DNA of 58,306 nucleotides, the filler included, from Porpidia crustulata (Eukaryota): the NCBI GenBank assembly GCA_964255105.1. It is 7 parts of 7 records of this genome, joined end to end, with 100 filler letters (N's around TTAATTAATTAA, not from the genome) between each part and the next. Parts side by side here need not be neighbours in the genome. Positions count along the whole stretch, not along the records: positions 33,427 to 41,664 come from CAXUWE010001148.1; positions 41,765 to 49,999 come from CAXUWE010001149.1; positions 50,100 to 58,306 come from CAXUWE010001150.1; 4 more parts are not named here. One strand, written 5' to 3'. Every line of letters begins with the position of its first letter. The first letter of the stretch is position 1. A model generated the notes under the pieces. That model was not told the origin of the DNA. It searched no databases and worked only from the letters and a program-made list of their open reading frames with translations. The position numbers and the translations under genes were made by a program. Shown here piece by piece: positions 37,493-50,915 of this stretch.

Positions 37493-40019
37493 ATGTTAAA
37501 ATTCGCAACACTAACATCGGACATTGAGCTTCCATTTTATACATCTCTCGCTTCTCACAAGATTAACCATGACAAGCTCGATGCCTCAGCACGGCGGCTT
37601 CTTGGACTCTACGAAATACGTCCTTCTGACCCGCCTGAGGCGTCGTGTCGAGTCCAGATCCATGGGAACGCCTTAACAAACGATGCGTTAGTCATGCTGT
37701 TCAGTTCTGATACTATTACTTGCGCGCTGACCTTGACCCTCAGAGTTCCCGTAAATTTCTACAGAGCCGAGGGCATGATCAAGAATGTCAACACTATTGA
37801 AGAATACAAGACTTTGGACAAAGGTGCTATCTTAATACAAGCTGGACGTACGGTGAGGGTGATACCGAAGAACTTTTAAGCTGTGATTCGTCTGACACCT
37901 TCCATAGATCTGGGACGCTATCAACGATGGCACCATATACTCGTGTCCTTCGCTGCTAGCTTCATTTTCAGCCATTTGCTTTGCTGATCTCAAGAAATAT
38001 AGATTCACCTACCTGTTTTCGTTCCCTGCGCTTCATTCAGAATCACCATGGAGAATTGCGGCGCACCCTGAAGATGTGATCAACACTAGTGTCGAGCAGA
38101 ATTCAACCGGCGAAGTAGCCCTGCATCTAGGTGGTAACGAAACAACAGCCTTAGTGGAATCTGTACAAACATGGCGATACAGTGTTGATTCAAGGCAGTG
38201 GGGATTTTTCCTGGCCAAAAGGAAAAAATGCGGTTGCGATGCCGCTCCCCGAAGGAACACGGCAAATGCCGAGTTAGAGGAAAACTGTCAGAGTCCAATA
38301 AGTACTCCAAACCAAATCATCGAGTACGAATGGACAATCGGATCTCTGGCCAATTACGAACGTGGTTTTTTTGAAGGGTTCGATCCTGATGATAGATTTG
38401 TCTGCTTCGCAGACCCTTCGACTTATCGGGATTATCCCGGCTGGATGCTGAGAAATCTCCTCGTGCTCATTCACAGACGCTGGAGCGTTGACGTGGTCCA
38501 AATTTTGTGCTACAGGGATGTCCAGTCACGTCGAGACGACCCTCAAAGCATTATATTGAAATTGAAGCTTGAACATGCTACTGCTCCAATGGCTTTCTCT
38601 ACTACAAATTTGGTAACAATCCCATCGAACATGCCTAAAGTAACAGGATGGGAGCGTAATAGCGGGGGTAAGCTAACAAGTAAAATTGCGAATCTTGGGG
38701 AATATATGGATCCACAAAGGTATAATATGAGAAGGGGGGCACCTATACTTTGAAAGCTTACTCTCATTACTAGGTTAGCTGACCAAGCGGCTGACCTCAA
38801 TCTGAAGCTCATCAAGTGGCGCATAGCCCCAAGTCTTGATCTGGAGAAAATCAAGAATACCAAATGCCTCTTGCTCGGAGCTGGGACACTCGGTAGCTAC
38901 GTCGCGCGAAACTTATTGGTGCGTGAGACACAATGCAAAACCTGGCTATTGTTGGTAACTGACAAGCGCTGGATCGAAGGGCTGGGGTGTTCGGAAGATC
39001 ACATTTGTTGATAATGGATCCGTATCATTTTCCAATCCTGTACGTCAGCCCCTATTCAACTTCCAAGATTGCTTGGCTGGTGGAGCCAAAAAAGCCCATC
39101 GAGCTTCGGAAGCACTTAGAGAAATCTACCCTGGAGTCGATTCAATGGGTTATGTGATGTCGGTACCAATGGCAGGGCATCCGATCTTGGATGAAGCTAC
39201 GGTCAAGTCGGAATTCGAAACCTTGGAAAGGCTTATCAAGGAACATGATGCGATATTCCTACTCATGGACACTCGAGAGAGTAGATGGTTACCTACCGTA
39301 ATGGGTAAGGCAGCGGGCAAGATTGTGATGAATGCCGCTTTAGGATTTGATACTTTTGTTGTTATGCGCCATGGGGTAGCCCATGAAAGTGAGTCCATAC
39401 CAGAGCTTGGATGCTATTTCTGCAACGACGTGGTGGCTCCGACAGACGTGAGCTACCCACTTTCCCGTGTAAGACTTCTGGTCTGATCATATTTACCATT
39501 AGTCGATGACCGATCGGACACTCGATCAGCAGTGTACCGTGACTCGTCCAGGAATAGCAGCAATTGCCTCTGCACTCCTCACGGAAATTCTTGTCTCATT
39601 ATTACAGCATCCCTTAGGTGCTCTAGCCCCAGCGCCAGTATCATCGACTGATGATCGTGGAAGCCATCCACTTGGGATCGTTCCTCATCAAATCCGAGGC
39701 TTCTTATCAAATTTCCAAAATATGGTCATTAGAGGACATAGCTACGACTGCTGCAGCGCATGCTCCAGCACGATTACTACCGAGTATAAGTTAGAAGGTT
39801 GGCATTTTGTTCGAAGAGCGTTGAACGAAAGAGGCTATGTGGAAGAATTGAGTGGGTTAGCAGAAGTAGGTTACCCAGCGGAATTTTCACCCTCCCCAGG
39901 AAATCTCAGCGGCTAAACCTATGAAGGTTCAGCGTTCAGCGGAGAGGGCCCTCGCTGACATCGACTTGAGCGACGAGGGTGACGCAGAAGGGGAGGAGGA
40001 TGAGGGACAATTTATTTGA
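37493..40019 (+). CDS. ATG7: Autophagy E1-like activating enzyme Atg7, multi-exon
   Basis: [82 protein letters not shown] (catalytic Cys), PHQIRGFL. Confidence 0.97.
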
Positions 40020-40212
40020 GCTGTATCCGACCATAAGGTGACACTTGAACTCGAAATCACGGACTAGATTTCATAGAGGGCTGGCAGTGCACGAGTGAGC
40101 GATTATACCGCGGCTTGACCTTGGGCGACATGCGATTTTGTCGGATATGTAGTCCATGTGTATCTTATTGTAGCTTTTACCATCGTGAACAGCCAGAACG
40201 CAAGGAGTTCAA

Positions 40213-41521
40213 TTAAGTACCACCAAATACCGCTTTATTTAGGATATTTCCTTTTCGTCGCAAAGCAACAAAATAAGCTTCTCTCGACTCCTGTCTGACT
40301 TGTTATCCTACTATGTGCTAAACATTCGCGATACTTACTCTGCGGGATGATTCGGGTTTCTCCCTATGCACTTTGGCAAATAGTATCTTCAGTCGATTTT
40401 CGAGGATCTTATCCTCCGAGCCTTGATAGAATTTACATACAAAGTGGCCGCCTATTCGGAGGGTGTCAAAGCTGAAGCGCAAAGCCGCATCGCACAAATC
40501 CTTTAAAATGTTATCACTCCTCTGATATGTCTAGTAACCTTTCTCTTACCATACTACCAGCATGGTCCCTGAAGTTCATACCGCTGGTATTCATCATCCT
40601 ATAATACGGGTCACTGAGACTTCTCTTCCAAAGGCCTACAGTTCGCTCCCAGGGCGCGGACATATCGCTTAGAACAACGTCTACCATCCTTGCTTCTGAT
40701 TCGTCCTGATCTATTCTACCTGGACGGCCTGCTCGAGATCCATCATCGATGCTGGCCAGCGATTGAAAATCTGCCCTCCTCTCCGGTTCAAAATAACCTC
40801 GAGAATTGCTCTCAAGGTGTTCCTCAGTCATTCCCTCCTCCTTCGAGCACAAAGAACTTTGCGATTTTGACCATCCACGACCAGATTCGCGCAAAAACTT
40901 CTTGACCTCATTTTGTACACTGTGAGAAAGAAAGTTGCCCTGGATTGTTGATACGCCACGTGGAGGCTGCGCCGGAATTATGTCGATCCCAATGACTCGG
41001 CCGTCAGGAGAAGTACGATCGACAGCGACCTATGAGTCATATAAATCCTAATCCTTCATCAATCGAATAGTAACTATGCACCTGAGACCACGAGCCAGGG
41101 GCATATCCCTATGTCAGTCAGCTTTGCAATATTAAACAAAAGCGACTCTCATACCAGGTCGACGACTGTCTGACCACTGTGAAACAATTTAAACTTTTCG
41201 TTGATCTTGTAATTTCTAAGCAGGAGAGCTCGATGAGTTTAGAGCGCGTTCCATATGTACCTCCAGAAGCTTAAAAGCCGCACGGCTTTTAAAACCTTGT
41301 ACTCGGGCATCGATGGCAAATTTATCTTTGCCTTGTCGGGTCTGCCATCGCTTCGACGATGAAGATGTACTACGCTTTCCATCTAATCTGTGGCTCACCA
41401 ACGGAGGTGTGAATTGTAGACATGGTGAGTGGGCTTCAAGGGTGCTTATTCTTCCATGTATCGCAAATGGTGGGTTTATGGCCTTGAATTTCGGACCTCG
41501 CAGAGAATCCCGGACAGACAT
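40213..41521 (-). CDS. MRM2: Mitochondrial rRNA 2'-O-methyltransferase (FtsJ/RrmJ family), multi-exon
   Basis: SSKRWQTRQGKDKF, KSRAAFKLLE, VVDL|GYAPGSWSQ|VA (27-nt exon), VDVVLSDMSAP, CKFYQG, KPESSR, ESREAYFV. Start codon uncertain. Confidence 0.92.
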
Positions 41522-41664
41522 GAATCCACTAATCAACTTGTATGCTACGAGCTGTCAACAACGAGTACGCCAATGCTCCGCCATAAAGATGATAATGTCA
41601 ATTTTTTTAATTTTTTTTTATTACTTCATTTTTACGTGCTTATGCAGCCTAGGGCTATGAAGCA

Positions 41665-41764
41665 NNNNNNNNNNNNNNNNNNNNNNNNNNNNNNNNNNNN
41701 NNNNNNNNTTAATTAATTAANNNNNNNNNNNNNNNNNNNNNNNNNNNNNNNNNNNNNNNNNNNN
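41665..41764. other. Artificial contig spacer
   Basis: N44-TTAATTAATTAA-N44. Confidence 0.99.
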
Positions 41765-42009
41765 GTTGAAAGAAGGGAGGGGATTGTGAGTGAGGTAAAG
41801 CACAAAAATATTGGGGATTTGAGAGGGAGACACCGGAGGTTTAAGAGAACAGAGGTTTCGCTTTTGCTGGCAAAGTTTGGCTGGGGAATAGATAGACGGG
41901 GTGCGGTGGATGGTGAGACGGGAGGCTGAGGGATTTGAATTACAATTAATTGCTCCTTCATGCACGACGTTGTGCTTGCTTGAATGTACACGAGTATACA
42001 ATATCCCGT

Positions 42010-43164
42010 TTACACCTCAACCTGCTCCTCCACCTGCTCCACCCTCTCCGCTGCCTTCGCACTGTCACCCACGACAACATCCGGCTTGTACGTCAGCTCG
42101 CCCTGAATCGCCTTCTCCAGCCTGCTCCTTTGACCCTCCTCGCCAGCCCGCCCCAGTACCCCCGCAATCACCTGCACGCACCGCAGGCTGTCGTCGTTGG
42201 CCGGGATCGGGTACGTCACCCAGGTCGGGTTGGCGTCGGTGTCGATGATGCCGATGGTGGGGATGGCGTTCATGCCGCATTCGTGCAGCAGGATCCAGTT
42301 TTCCATCGGGTTGAGGCAGACGACGAGGTCGGGCTTGAGCACGGGGCGGCTGAGGAGGTCTTTGCCGTAGCCGGGTAGGTCGCGGTCGAATTCGTCGACG
42401 ACTTTGGTCTGGCATTGGCCGAGGATCTGGTGCCCGTTGGTGATGCTTCCGGGCGTCCAACGCTCGAAGAGGTGGCAGCCACCGGCTAGGCTGGCGGCTT
42501 TGACTACGCATCGGTCCTGCCCGGATCGTGTTCCGGCGAAGAGGATCAGTCCGCCGCGTTCGGCGACGCCGGAGACGATGCGGCAGGCGCGCCGGAGGTG
42601 GGATGCGGTGACATCGAGGGAGATGATGTGGATGCCTTGACGGATGCCGAAGATGTAGCGGCTGTTCATAGGGTTCCATAGAGAGGTACTGTGGCCGAGG
42701 TGGGATTGCGAAGCAAGGAGGAGCTCGAGGGATATGTCAGAGGGTCTTGGAGGGTTCAACAAGAGATCGCTAGGTCGATAGTGTGGAGAAATTTCGCTGC
42801 CAAAAGAGCCGGTGGTTCTACCTGTGACGCATTAGACGGAACGTGATGCTATCTGGGACAAATGGAACGTACGTTGGTGTTGGATAGACAGGTACTTCTC
42901 TCTTACTGTTCTATCTTCAAGGCTTAATTCCGGTTTTCTTGGTCCAGGGCTCTCGGGGAAGTCGACCTCGATTCGCCGCACAAGCTGGCTTCGCAGAGCC
43001 GCTTCTATAGAGTTCATGTCCTGGAAGTTGTTATCCAGTGACGCCTCGATTGTTTTGATCGCGGTGGCAAGAGATCTCGTCCATGGTCTCGAAGGCGAGG
43101 CCACACCCTTTCTGCCTATATCTAGACAACGCCGTTTTATGCACTGTCTTATTATCATGGTCAT
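42010..43164 (-). CDS. MRP4: Mitochondrial ribosomal protein uS2m, 2 exons
   Basis: LLASQSHLGHSTSLWNP, GIHIISLD, RWTPGSITN, PTIGIIDTDANPTWVTYPIPANDDS. Arg-rich presequence-like N-terminus. Intron at about 42822-42872. Confidence 0.94.
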
Positions 43165-44715
43165 TGAGGAGAATTGATGATTACTTCCCTCAAGATCGCT
43201 TGGCATGAGGTCGTTAGCTTTTGGTGTATGTAATTTACTCGGGGATTTCCGCGCTACTTCGGTAATTTATGTTATAATCAAAATATCCGAACTTCTTCAC
43301 GATACCCTGCTTTGTATCATCTGTCATTGCCAAGTTTGCCTCTCAATATGTTACTGTACGCTGTACCGTTTCTGATCTCGCATTCTCTTCGCGATAATAC
43401 GATCTGCTTATTGACAATTTATTGAGACCTAGTGTTGTTCTTGATCACTCAAGTACAGTGCCATTGCAGATATACTACATTCTCCTATCTGATCTATGCT
43501 AAGTATTCTACATCTCGAGTATGCTGCATTAATTGATCTTACAATCAGGATTTAGTATCACTAGTGGCCCCGAACTCCGGATAGACCATTATCAGCAATA
43601 AGATGGATTATCAGATCTGAAGGCAAATGGTATAAGCAGCTCCGTCTTGCTCCGTTCAATCTTGATTGTCGTGTGTTAAGACATTTATTTGAATGGCTGT
43701 ACTTCGGCATTGCGACAATTCCCCAGGGCTCAAATATAGGGAGCGTCCGCTGACTTCTGGAGCCCCTGGTATACAAATTGTGCGAAATAAGTTGGCCAAG
43801 TATTTCTATGTTGTCTTCACACAAACTAAAACGTTCAACAAGTCAAGTGCTCTGCTACCACGTATCAAGGTAGAGGGTCCTTGGTCTCATATAGTTGCCT
43901 CGAGGTCATGGACAATGGAGCTGCATAAATCCCTGCAAGATTCGTGAACTGAAGTGGTGTACGCCTATCAGACCAGAAGTTATCGCAAGCATAAACCGGG
44001 AGCTGAAGCTTCTTGTCGATGCTCGTATGAACCCAATGGATCTTTACAAGTGACTACCGACACATCAACTCAAATACTCAAGCCTTATGCTCCGAGAGCT
44101 ATCAATCCTGGTATGCGTACTCGTCCGACCTTTTTGAAAGAGAACCGAATCTTCGGCGTACCCAATGATAATACTGACTGGAGTTTATCAAATACGCAGC
44201 AGTGGACCAGAACTTGAATGTGAGAGATGCTAGGAATGAGTCGGTGTATCGACTATATATGTAGTATATCAATTCAAAGATTTCAGATCGAAAAGTTGCT
44301 ATGCTAGGTAGAAAAAAGTGCTTCCAGACGTGCCCTCTAAAATCCTAAGAATGAATGGCCTATTGCAGGGTATGTAAGAGGTCCTAAAAGAAACAAAGAC
44401 CGCTCAACTTGTAAGCACCTTTCAAAGGTGGACGGACATCGGAAGTCTGTGGCACTGATAGCCTACATGAGAATTATCATACTATGCATCTGATGGTCGT
44501 GTCAGATACTTCAGCTCTTCAGTAATGATGTATCTAGTTTAGACATTATTATAGACAGTTCGCAATGACTTGCAAAGGGGTGAGTGTGCAAAGTAGATAG
44601 ATACATTACTTGTGGTGTCACAATCACAAGGCAATATCGCGAAACAATTCGTAAATGGTTCAACCCGTTTCGGCACGCCTCTTTCTCTGGAATCAAGCCA
44701 TTCAAAGGTTTAATC

Positions 44716-47467
44716 ATGTACGATGATGCGTCCTTCTACACCTTCACACCTAGTGTACAGTCGCAAGATGAAAAACCACGGACGGCGAAGCATCGAAGAA
44801 AACAATCGCTACTAAAGCAACCTAATGTAAGCCCAACAAAACACCTTTCGCTGAAAATTCTCTGATATCGTATGCAGGAGCATGCGCCAGCTGACATCGA
44901 GCGAACAGATGACATTCGAGGCAGTCATACGTCGGGCGAGGGCTCAGTCGGACCGCCAAAAGCTTCGCTGACTCGACGGTGCCAATCTTACAGCGATTTC
45001 CATGATGCAGCAACAGTGGTCCTCGGGCGAGGCGCAAATACCAGTACGAGAAGACACAGCCAGTTACGTGAGACAAGTGGCATCAAGACCGAGCTGGAAT
45101 TTGTTGATTGGTACCATGGTTTAGAGAATGACTTGCTCGATGCCAGCCATGAAGAATACACGTAAATAGCTTCTCGCTACTTGCAAGGAGGGAGACAATA
45201 CTCATCAGCATGCAGAACTTATCAGAGCCAGCTCGAGTTGTCCCAATCACATCTAGACTCCTTACTCCTAGACACAACATCCACTATCGATCTCTTAGCT
45301 ACGCTTTCTACCTCCTTCAAGGCAGTTGAGGCTCAGACCACAAATTTTCAGAAGCAGTGCGAAGGTTTATTGCAGGAGCAAAAGCAAATGACAGATCTGG
45401 CGGACAATCTGAAGCAAAACCTGAAATACTATGATTATTTAGACCCGGTCACAAGGCGATTAAACGCCCCAGGAGCTGGTAACTTCGTCAGAAGTCAAGA
45501 ATTTTCTGATATGCTTGCACGTCTGGATGAGTGTTTAGAATATATGAGTGCTCATGTCAGTGTGCGCGTCCGCATCTTATGGATAATTTGGCTAATCAAT
45601 TGTTAGCCTTTGCAACTAGAGGCTTTTACCTACCGTTCACGCTATCGCCTTCTGATGACGAGAGGATTGACGTTGATTCGCGTGCATTTTGTTGGTGGAC
45701 TGCGTAATATTGCTTCAGAAGTATCACGCAGAATTGCAGATAAACAGCTGAACGACTCCACAATGTCAGCTTTGCTGTACGCCAAATTCCGCGTTGGTGC
45801 ATCAGAATTGAAGGAAGTAGCTCAAGAAATTCGAAAACGAGCAGTATTGCCTCCAGGATCTGAACTTGGCTCCGAGGCCGAGTATCAGAGTCTTATGAAT
45901 GAACTATACACAAGCTATTCGGCCACGCGCGGTAGACTCGTCATACCGCTTGTGCGGAAGAAAATCAATGACATTGCTATGGCTCCCAGTACTTCCAAAG
46001 AGCTTGTATCATTCGCAAGGAGTAGTACAGGCTATGTTAGGGGTATTTGTGCTGATGAGTACGACCTTTGGCGAGAATGGTTTGAAGGAGAAGAGGGACT
46101 TTACGATTTCCTGGAATCTGTCTGTGAACCATTTTACGACCATCTTCGACCACGAATTATCCACGAAAGCGAGCTTTTGAAACTTTGCGAGCTTTGTACT
46201 CTACTACAAACTAGATACATGCATGATCAAGATGAAGATATTGAGCCTTCAGAAGCGAATCAACTCAATTTTTCAGTTCTCATCCAACCAGCACTTGAAG
46301 ATGCCCAGACTCGGCTAGTTTTCCGTACCCAAGCCATCCTTCGTGACGAGATTGAGCGATACAAGCCTAAGGCGGAGGAGCTAGACTACCCAGCTCGTAA
46401 TAGACGGGTTTCGTTGTCAGGTACCAAATCACAGATTCCCGCTACATCAGGAAGAAAAGGCTCCATCGCTGAGCCATCAACTCCAATGCCAAAAACCCCT
46501 ATGGTGGTTGAAGAAGGTGACTCCCCCAGTGGTCGGTGGGGCTTCGACACCGAAGCTGCTTTCGAGGGTTGGTACCCAACTTTAAGGAAAGCGATTTGGC
46601 TTCTCAGCCGCATATATAGGCTAGTCAACGTAAGCTACAGGTATTCGGGAATAATGCAGGACTCGCTAACACATCGCACAGTCCACAGTCTTCGATGACC
46701 TAGCGCATGATATTGTTCATCAAACGACCTTGTCACTCCACCAAGCTGCAACGCTTATAAGCTCGAAAGCCGGTAGCACCGACTCGCAGCTTTTCCTCAT
46801 CAAGCATTTACTCATACTGAAACAGCAGATTGTAGCGTTTGACATCGAATATGTGACACCAGATGTATCTTTCGATTTCTCGGGTGTTACCAACACATTT
46901 TACGAATTACGTGAGCGTGGCGGTCTGTTTGATCCAAGAAACCTATGGCGTTTTACCGGAAGCGGGTTCATACCAAAGGTTGTTGAGAGTATGTTAGACG
47001 CCAAAGTTGAGCTGGACGGAAGGCTCAGAACTGTGATCAACGATTTCACGAGTAATTTCGCGTCTCGAATGACGAACGTGGTTGATGAGAAGGCAACTTC
47101 GAAGAAGACCTTCGATGCCGTGCGGGCGGTTAGAACCATCCAAGAAGTAGCGGAGAAAGAAGTGCTGCTATTAAGGCGCAAGTTGGACGAGTACCTTGAC
47201 GATAGCCGAACAAAGGAGACTCTTGTTGGCGCGGTACAAGACCAAGTGATTCAAAATTATGAGACATTTTACGACTTGCACACAGCAGACAAACGGATAA
47301 ACGGAAAGGCGGTGAGCAAGAAAGGAAAGGGAAGGGATGATGATGTCTGGGATCCTGACATGTTTACTGAATGGGCGCAGGGCGTCTTCAAGGTCGGACG
47401 AATGGGCATACAAGATAGGGACGATGACAGCAGGAGCAGAAGTATCAGCCGTAGCGGAAGTACCTGA
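44716..47467 (+). CDS. COG3: Conserved oligomeric Golgi complex subunit 3 (Sec34), multi-exon
   Basis: LRRLNAPG-type motif (TRRLNAPG), LDECLEYM..H, YRLLMTRGLTLIR, LYAKF, DAQTRLVFR, WYPTLRKAIWLLSRIYRLVN, FLIKHLLILKQQI. Confidence 0.94.
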
Positions 47468-48031
47468 GCAACGATAAATTGCTTCGTCATCTCACTGGCT
47501 CTCGAGAAGTATCTTTATACTCAATGATGACCAATGATATGGAGCATTATCTGACCTTGTTATTACTTATGGTTTGATGAACGATTTGATATGTCCATTA
47601 TCTGGGCTGAATTAGAGTTCGACTTGCCAAGACGCTTTGCTCGCCGAACGCTCGCCTAACAGGCCCCTGCCCCCGCTCCCGCAGCTGTGAACCCTTTTTA
47701 GAGCCTGATGGGAGACACCCCACTCTACCGCCTTTCAGCTGTGCCAGGCCAAGTCAATTCAAGGGTTCAAACATTACTTATTGCCAGAGCCCAACCATGT
47801 CTTATCCCAACAGACATACCACTGCGCAATTATCCTTATACAAATAGCGCTCTTATGCAGCTATCCGATGATCGAAGCAAAGCCGCGCTAATTCCAAAAA
47901 CCACACTTCTGCGGCAGAGCATCCAAAGGCTGATTCTTATCAACTTCCACCAGAGGTGACACTCTTGGGACCTTGTTACCAGAAAGGCGCCCTCAAACCT
48001 GACCGTTTCGAGATTTGGCCATACGCACGGA

Positions 48032-49428
48032 ATGGCTACACAACCCGCGGATGCCAGGCCTCAGGTCCAACCTTGTCGGTACAAGACGGGGAAGACCTTG
48101 GGAGCAGGCTCGTACTCCGTAGTCAAGGAATGCGTACACATAGATACTGGAAGGTACTATGCTGCAAAGGTTATTAACAAGCGTATGATGGCGGGAAGAG
48201 AACACATGGTCCGTACCTTGGCGTTATTGGCCGTTATTGCGCCCATTACAGGAATCAGGCTGATCCGAGATAGGTGCGAAATGAGATTGCGGTCTTGAAA
48301 AGAGTATCTATGGGCCACCAGAACATATTGACGTTGGTTGACTACTTCGAAACTATGAACAATCGTATGTCTGTCATCTACCTGAAGGACTCACGCCCAA
48401 ATTAACCCTCTACTCTTTCAGTATACCTTGTAACCGATCTTGCCCTCGGTGGAGAACTCTTCGACCGCATTTGCCGTAAGGGAAGCTACTTCGAATTTGA
48501 CGCCGCTGAGCTCATCCGTGCCACCCTCTCCGCCGTCGCTTACCTCCACGACCACGGGATTGTCCACCGTGACCTCAAACCCGAGAACCTCCTCTTTCGA
48601 ACGCCTGAGGATAACGCAGACCTTCTGATCGCAGATTTTGGACTTTCAAGAATAATGGATGAAGAAGCCTTCCATGTCCTCACGACAACTTGTGGAACGC
48701 CAGGGTATATGGCGCCTGAAATATTCAAGAAAACCGGTCATGGAAAACCTGTGTAGGACTACCCCTTCCCCAATCTGTCATCCGACTAATCCTTGAGAAG
48801 AGATATCTGGGCCATAGGCGTAATAACATACTTTCTACTCTGCGGCTACACCCCCTTTGACCGCGAGTCCAATCTCGAAGAAATGCAAGCCATTCTTATT
48901 GCCGACTTCTCTTTTACGCCCCTCGAATATTGGCGTGGTGTCTCGCTCAGCGCGCGAGACTTTATCAAGAAATGTTTGACAATTGACCCCACAAAGCGCC
49001 TTACTAGTCATGAAGCGCTGCAGCATCCTTTTGTTACGGAGAATATGGAGGGAGTAAGAGCGGAAGGTGGAGAAGATGGGAAGGATTTGTTGCCGGTGAT
49101 CAAGAAGAATTTCAATGCCAGGAGAACGTTGCATGCTGCTATTGATACTATTAGAGCCATCAACAAGCTGAGGGAAGGCGGTGCAGCAGGTGTGATGGAG
49201 GGTGCGATGAGTGTGGAACCGCCAAGGGGAGCCAAGGGTGGAGGTACTGTAGGTACCACGGGCGATGATAGCGGGTACGGTGGGAGTGAGACTGGGACGG
49301 GGTTTCGGGGATCGCACAAGATGGAAATTGACAGCAGGGGAAATGCCAGAGGGCAGACTGAGGAGCAGATTCGGGAGCAGCAGAGGAGGGTTCTTGAAAC
49401 GAGCAGGGGACTGTGGAAAGGCCGATGA
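48032..49428 (+). CDS. cmkB: Ca2+/calmodulin-dependent protein kinase, CmkB type, 4 exons
   Basis: VQPCRYKTGKTLGAGSYSVVKE, HRDLKPENLL, ADFGLS, TTCGTPGYMAPE, and CaM-binding-like FNARRTLHAAIDTIRAINKL. Confidence 0.92.
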
Positions 49429-49999
49429 TTCGACTATTGGGTATTCAGAAAATGTGATTGCATCGTCTGGCGAGCAGTGGGGTCCAGAAAGAGCGTTTTA
49501 TGTGGGTTAGGGGAAGGGATTCTGCCGTTTCTTTCCCTCATTGTCCTTCAGATTGGATTGCGGCGGGAAAGCATCGCTTGATCTAGACGATCTGTCCGAA
49601 CTTTGAGCGAGGGCGTTCCAAGCCTTTTGTACACTTTGGATGAAAATGCGCCGGGACTCTATGTATGTTTGTGATAGGGAAGGGGAGGCGGAATGGTAAT
49701 AAATTAGGATAGGGAGGCGAATATCATTCATTATTATTGAAGCTGGTGCAGGCGTTTCCGTGTGAACGTGCGATATCCCAGTAGAGTGGACATTGTGCAC
49801 GGACTAGGAGTGCGGGTTGAAATAATGGAGTCTTTGAGCGATTTGATGCTTTGGTATCAGGGAGTCATTCCAGGAAATTATGTGTATAGACAGCAGTACA
49901 CTCGGATTTTCGATCTAGAGGGTTAGATAGTTGTCTTCTAGGGTAAATGACTTTAGTGGAACGATTCAGCGGGCAATTTTCATTAACCTCTATCTCTAC

Positions 50000-50099
50000 N
50001 NNNNNNNNNNNNNNNNNNNNNNNNNNNNNNNNNNNNNNNNNNNTTAATTAATTAANNNNNNNNNNNNNNNNNNNNNNNNNNNNNNNNNNNNNNNNNNNN
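50000..50099. other. Artificial contig spacer
   Basis: N44-TTAATTAATTAA-N44. Confidence 0.99.
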
Positions 50100-50149
50100 A
50101 CCACCTTGATCCGGTGTGCTGCTGGGGATGTTGGGGAAGGTCTGATCGT

Positions 50150-50520
50150 AACAAAATGTGCATTTTACAACAACGATTGATTGACTTCTGATTTTTGTAC
50201 GCGAAATCTCTTCTGATAAATTCATTATGACTTTGTATCATGTTTTATTTCATGTCTGTTGTGCGTGCGTTGTTAACAAGAGCAATTCTGATTCGTTATG
50301 TTAAGAAATTGAAAAAAAGTTTAACTTTAAAACTATAGCGTATGTAACATTGCTTTGCATGTAATTAACATATTAATACGTCGTAAATTTATATTATAAA
50401 CTTATTTACATGTAATTATGTATCATATCTCACAACGAGATTAGTTTGCGATCGAAATTCATGATGTTGTGATGTCGTTCTGTGAGCTTAAATTTTCATC
50501 TTTCTGTAAGTTAACGCATA
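50150..50520. repeat. AT-rich degenerate sequence at a contig start, possible RIP-mutated repeat relic
   Basis: Strongly AT- and TpA-rich relative to its flanks; no ORF. Confidence 0.35.
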
Positions 50521-50915
50521 TCTGACTGAAATAATGAGTTCTGCTCTCAGACGTGCCGTCATCACGCTGCGTAGTCAGCAAGACTAATTCGAAGGGGCTT
50601 AGCGATGCACGTCTGAGGTACTGAGGCAAGTTTATATGCCTTGAGGGCTCTTGATTATAATGTCATTCTATGATCTTGGCCAATCAGCTTGCTGTCTTCT
50701 ATCGACATTTGACTTTCAGGAGTCGTCGTCTGTATCTTTAAGTCAAAGTCAATAAGTGCTGCGCCGCTGTCAGGGCCGCCTATTTACGCGCTTGAACATT
50801 ACCCCTCGTACCCCACATTGGCCTAACTTTGGCTGTATGCCGCTTTTTCTCAACTGACTTGCGTTTTCCCACATATATATAATTCATCTGTAGAAATCCA
50901 GGTATTCTTTTCAGC

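Noticed and set aside
40213..43164. Apparent mitochondrial-ribosome gene pair MRM2 plus MRP4
   Set aside because: They lie on different contigs separated by an artificial spacer, so adjacency is an artefact.
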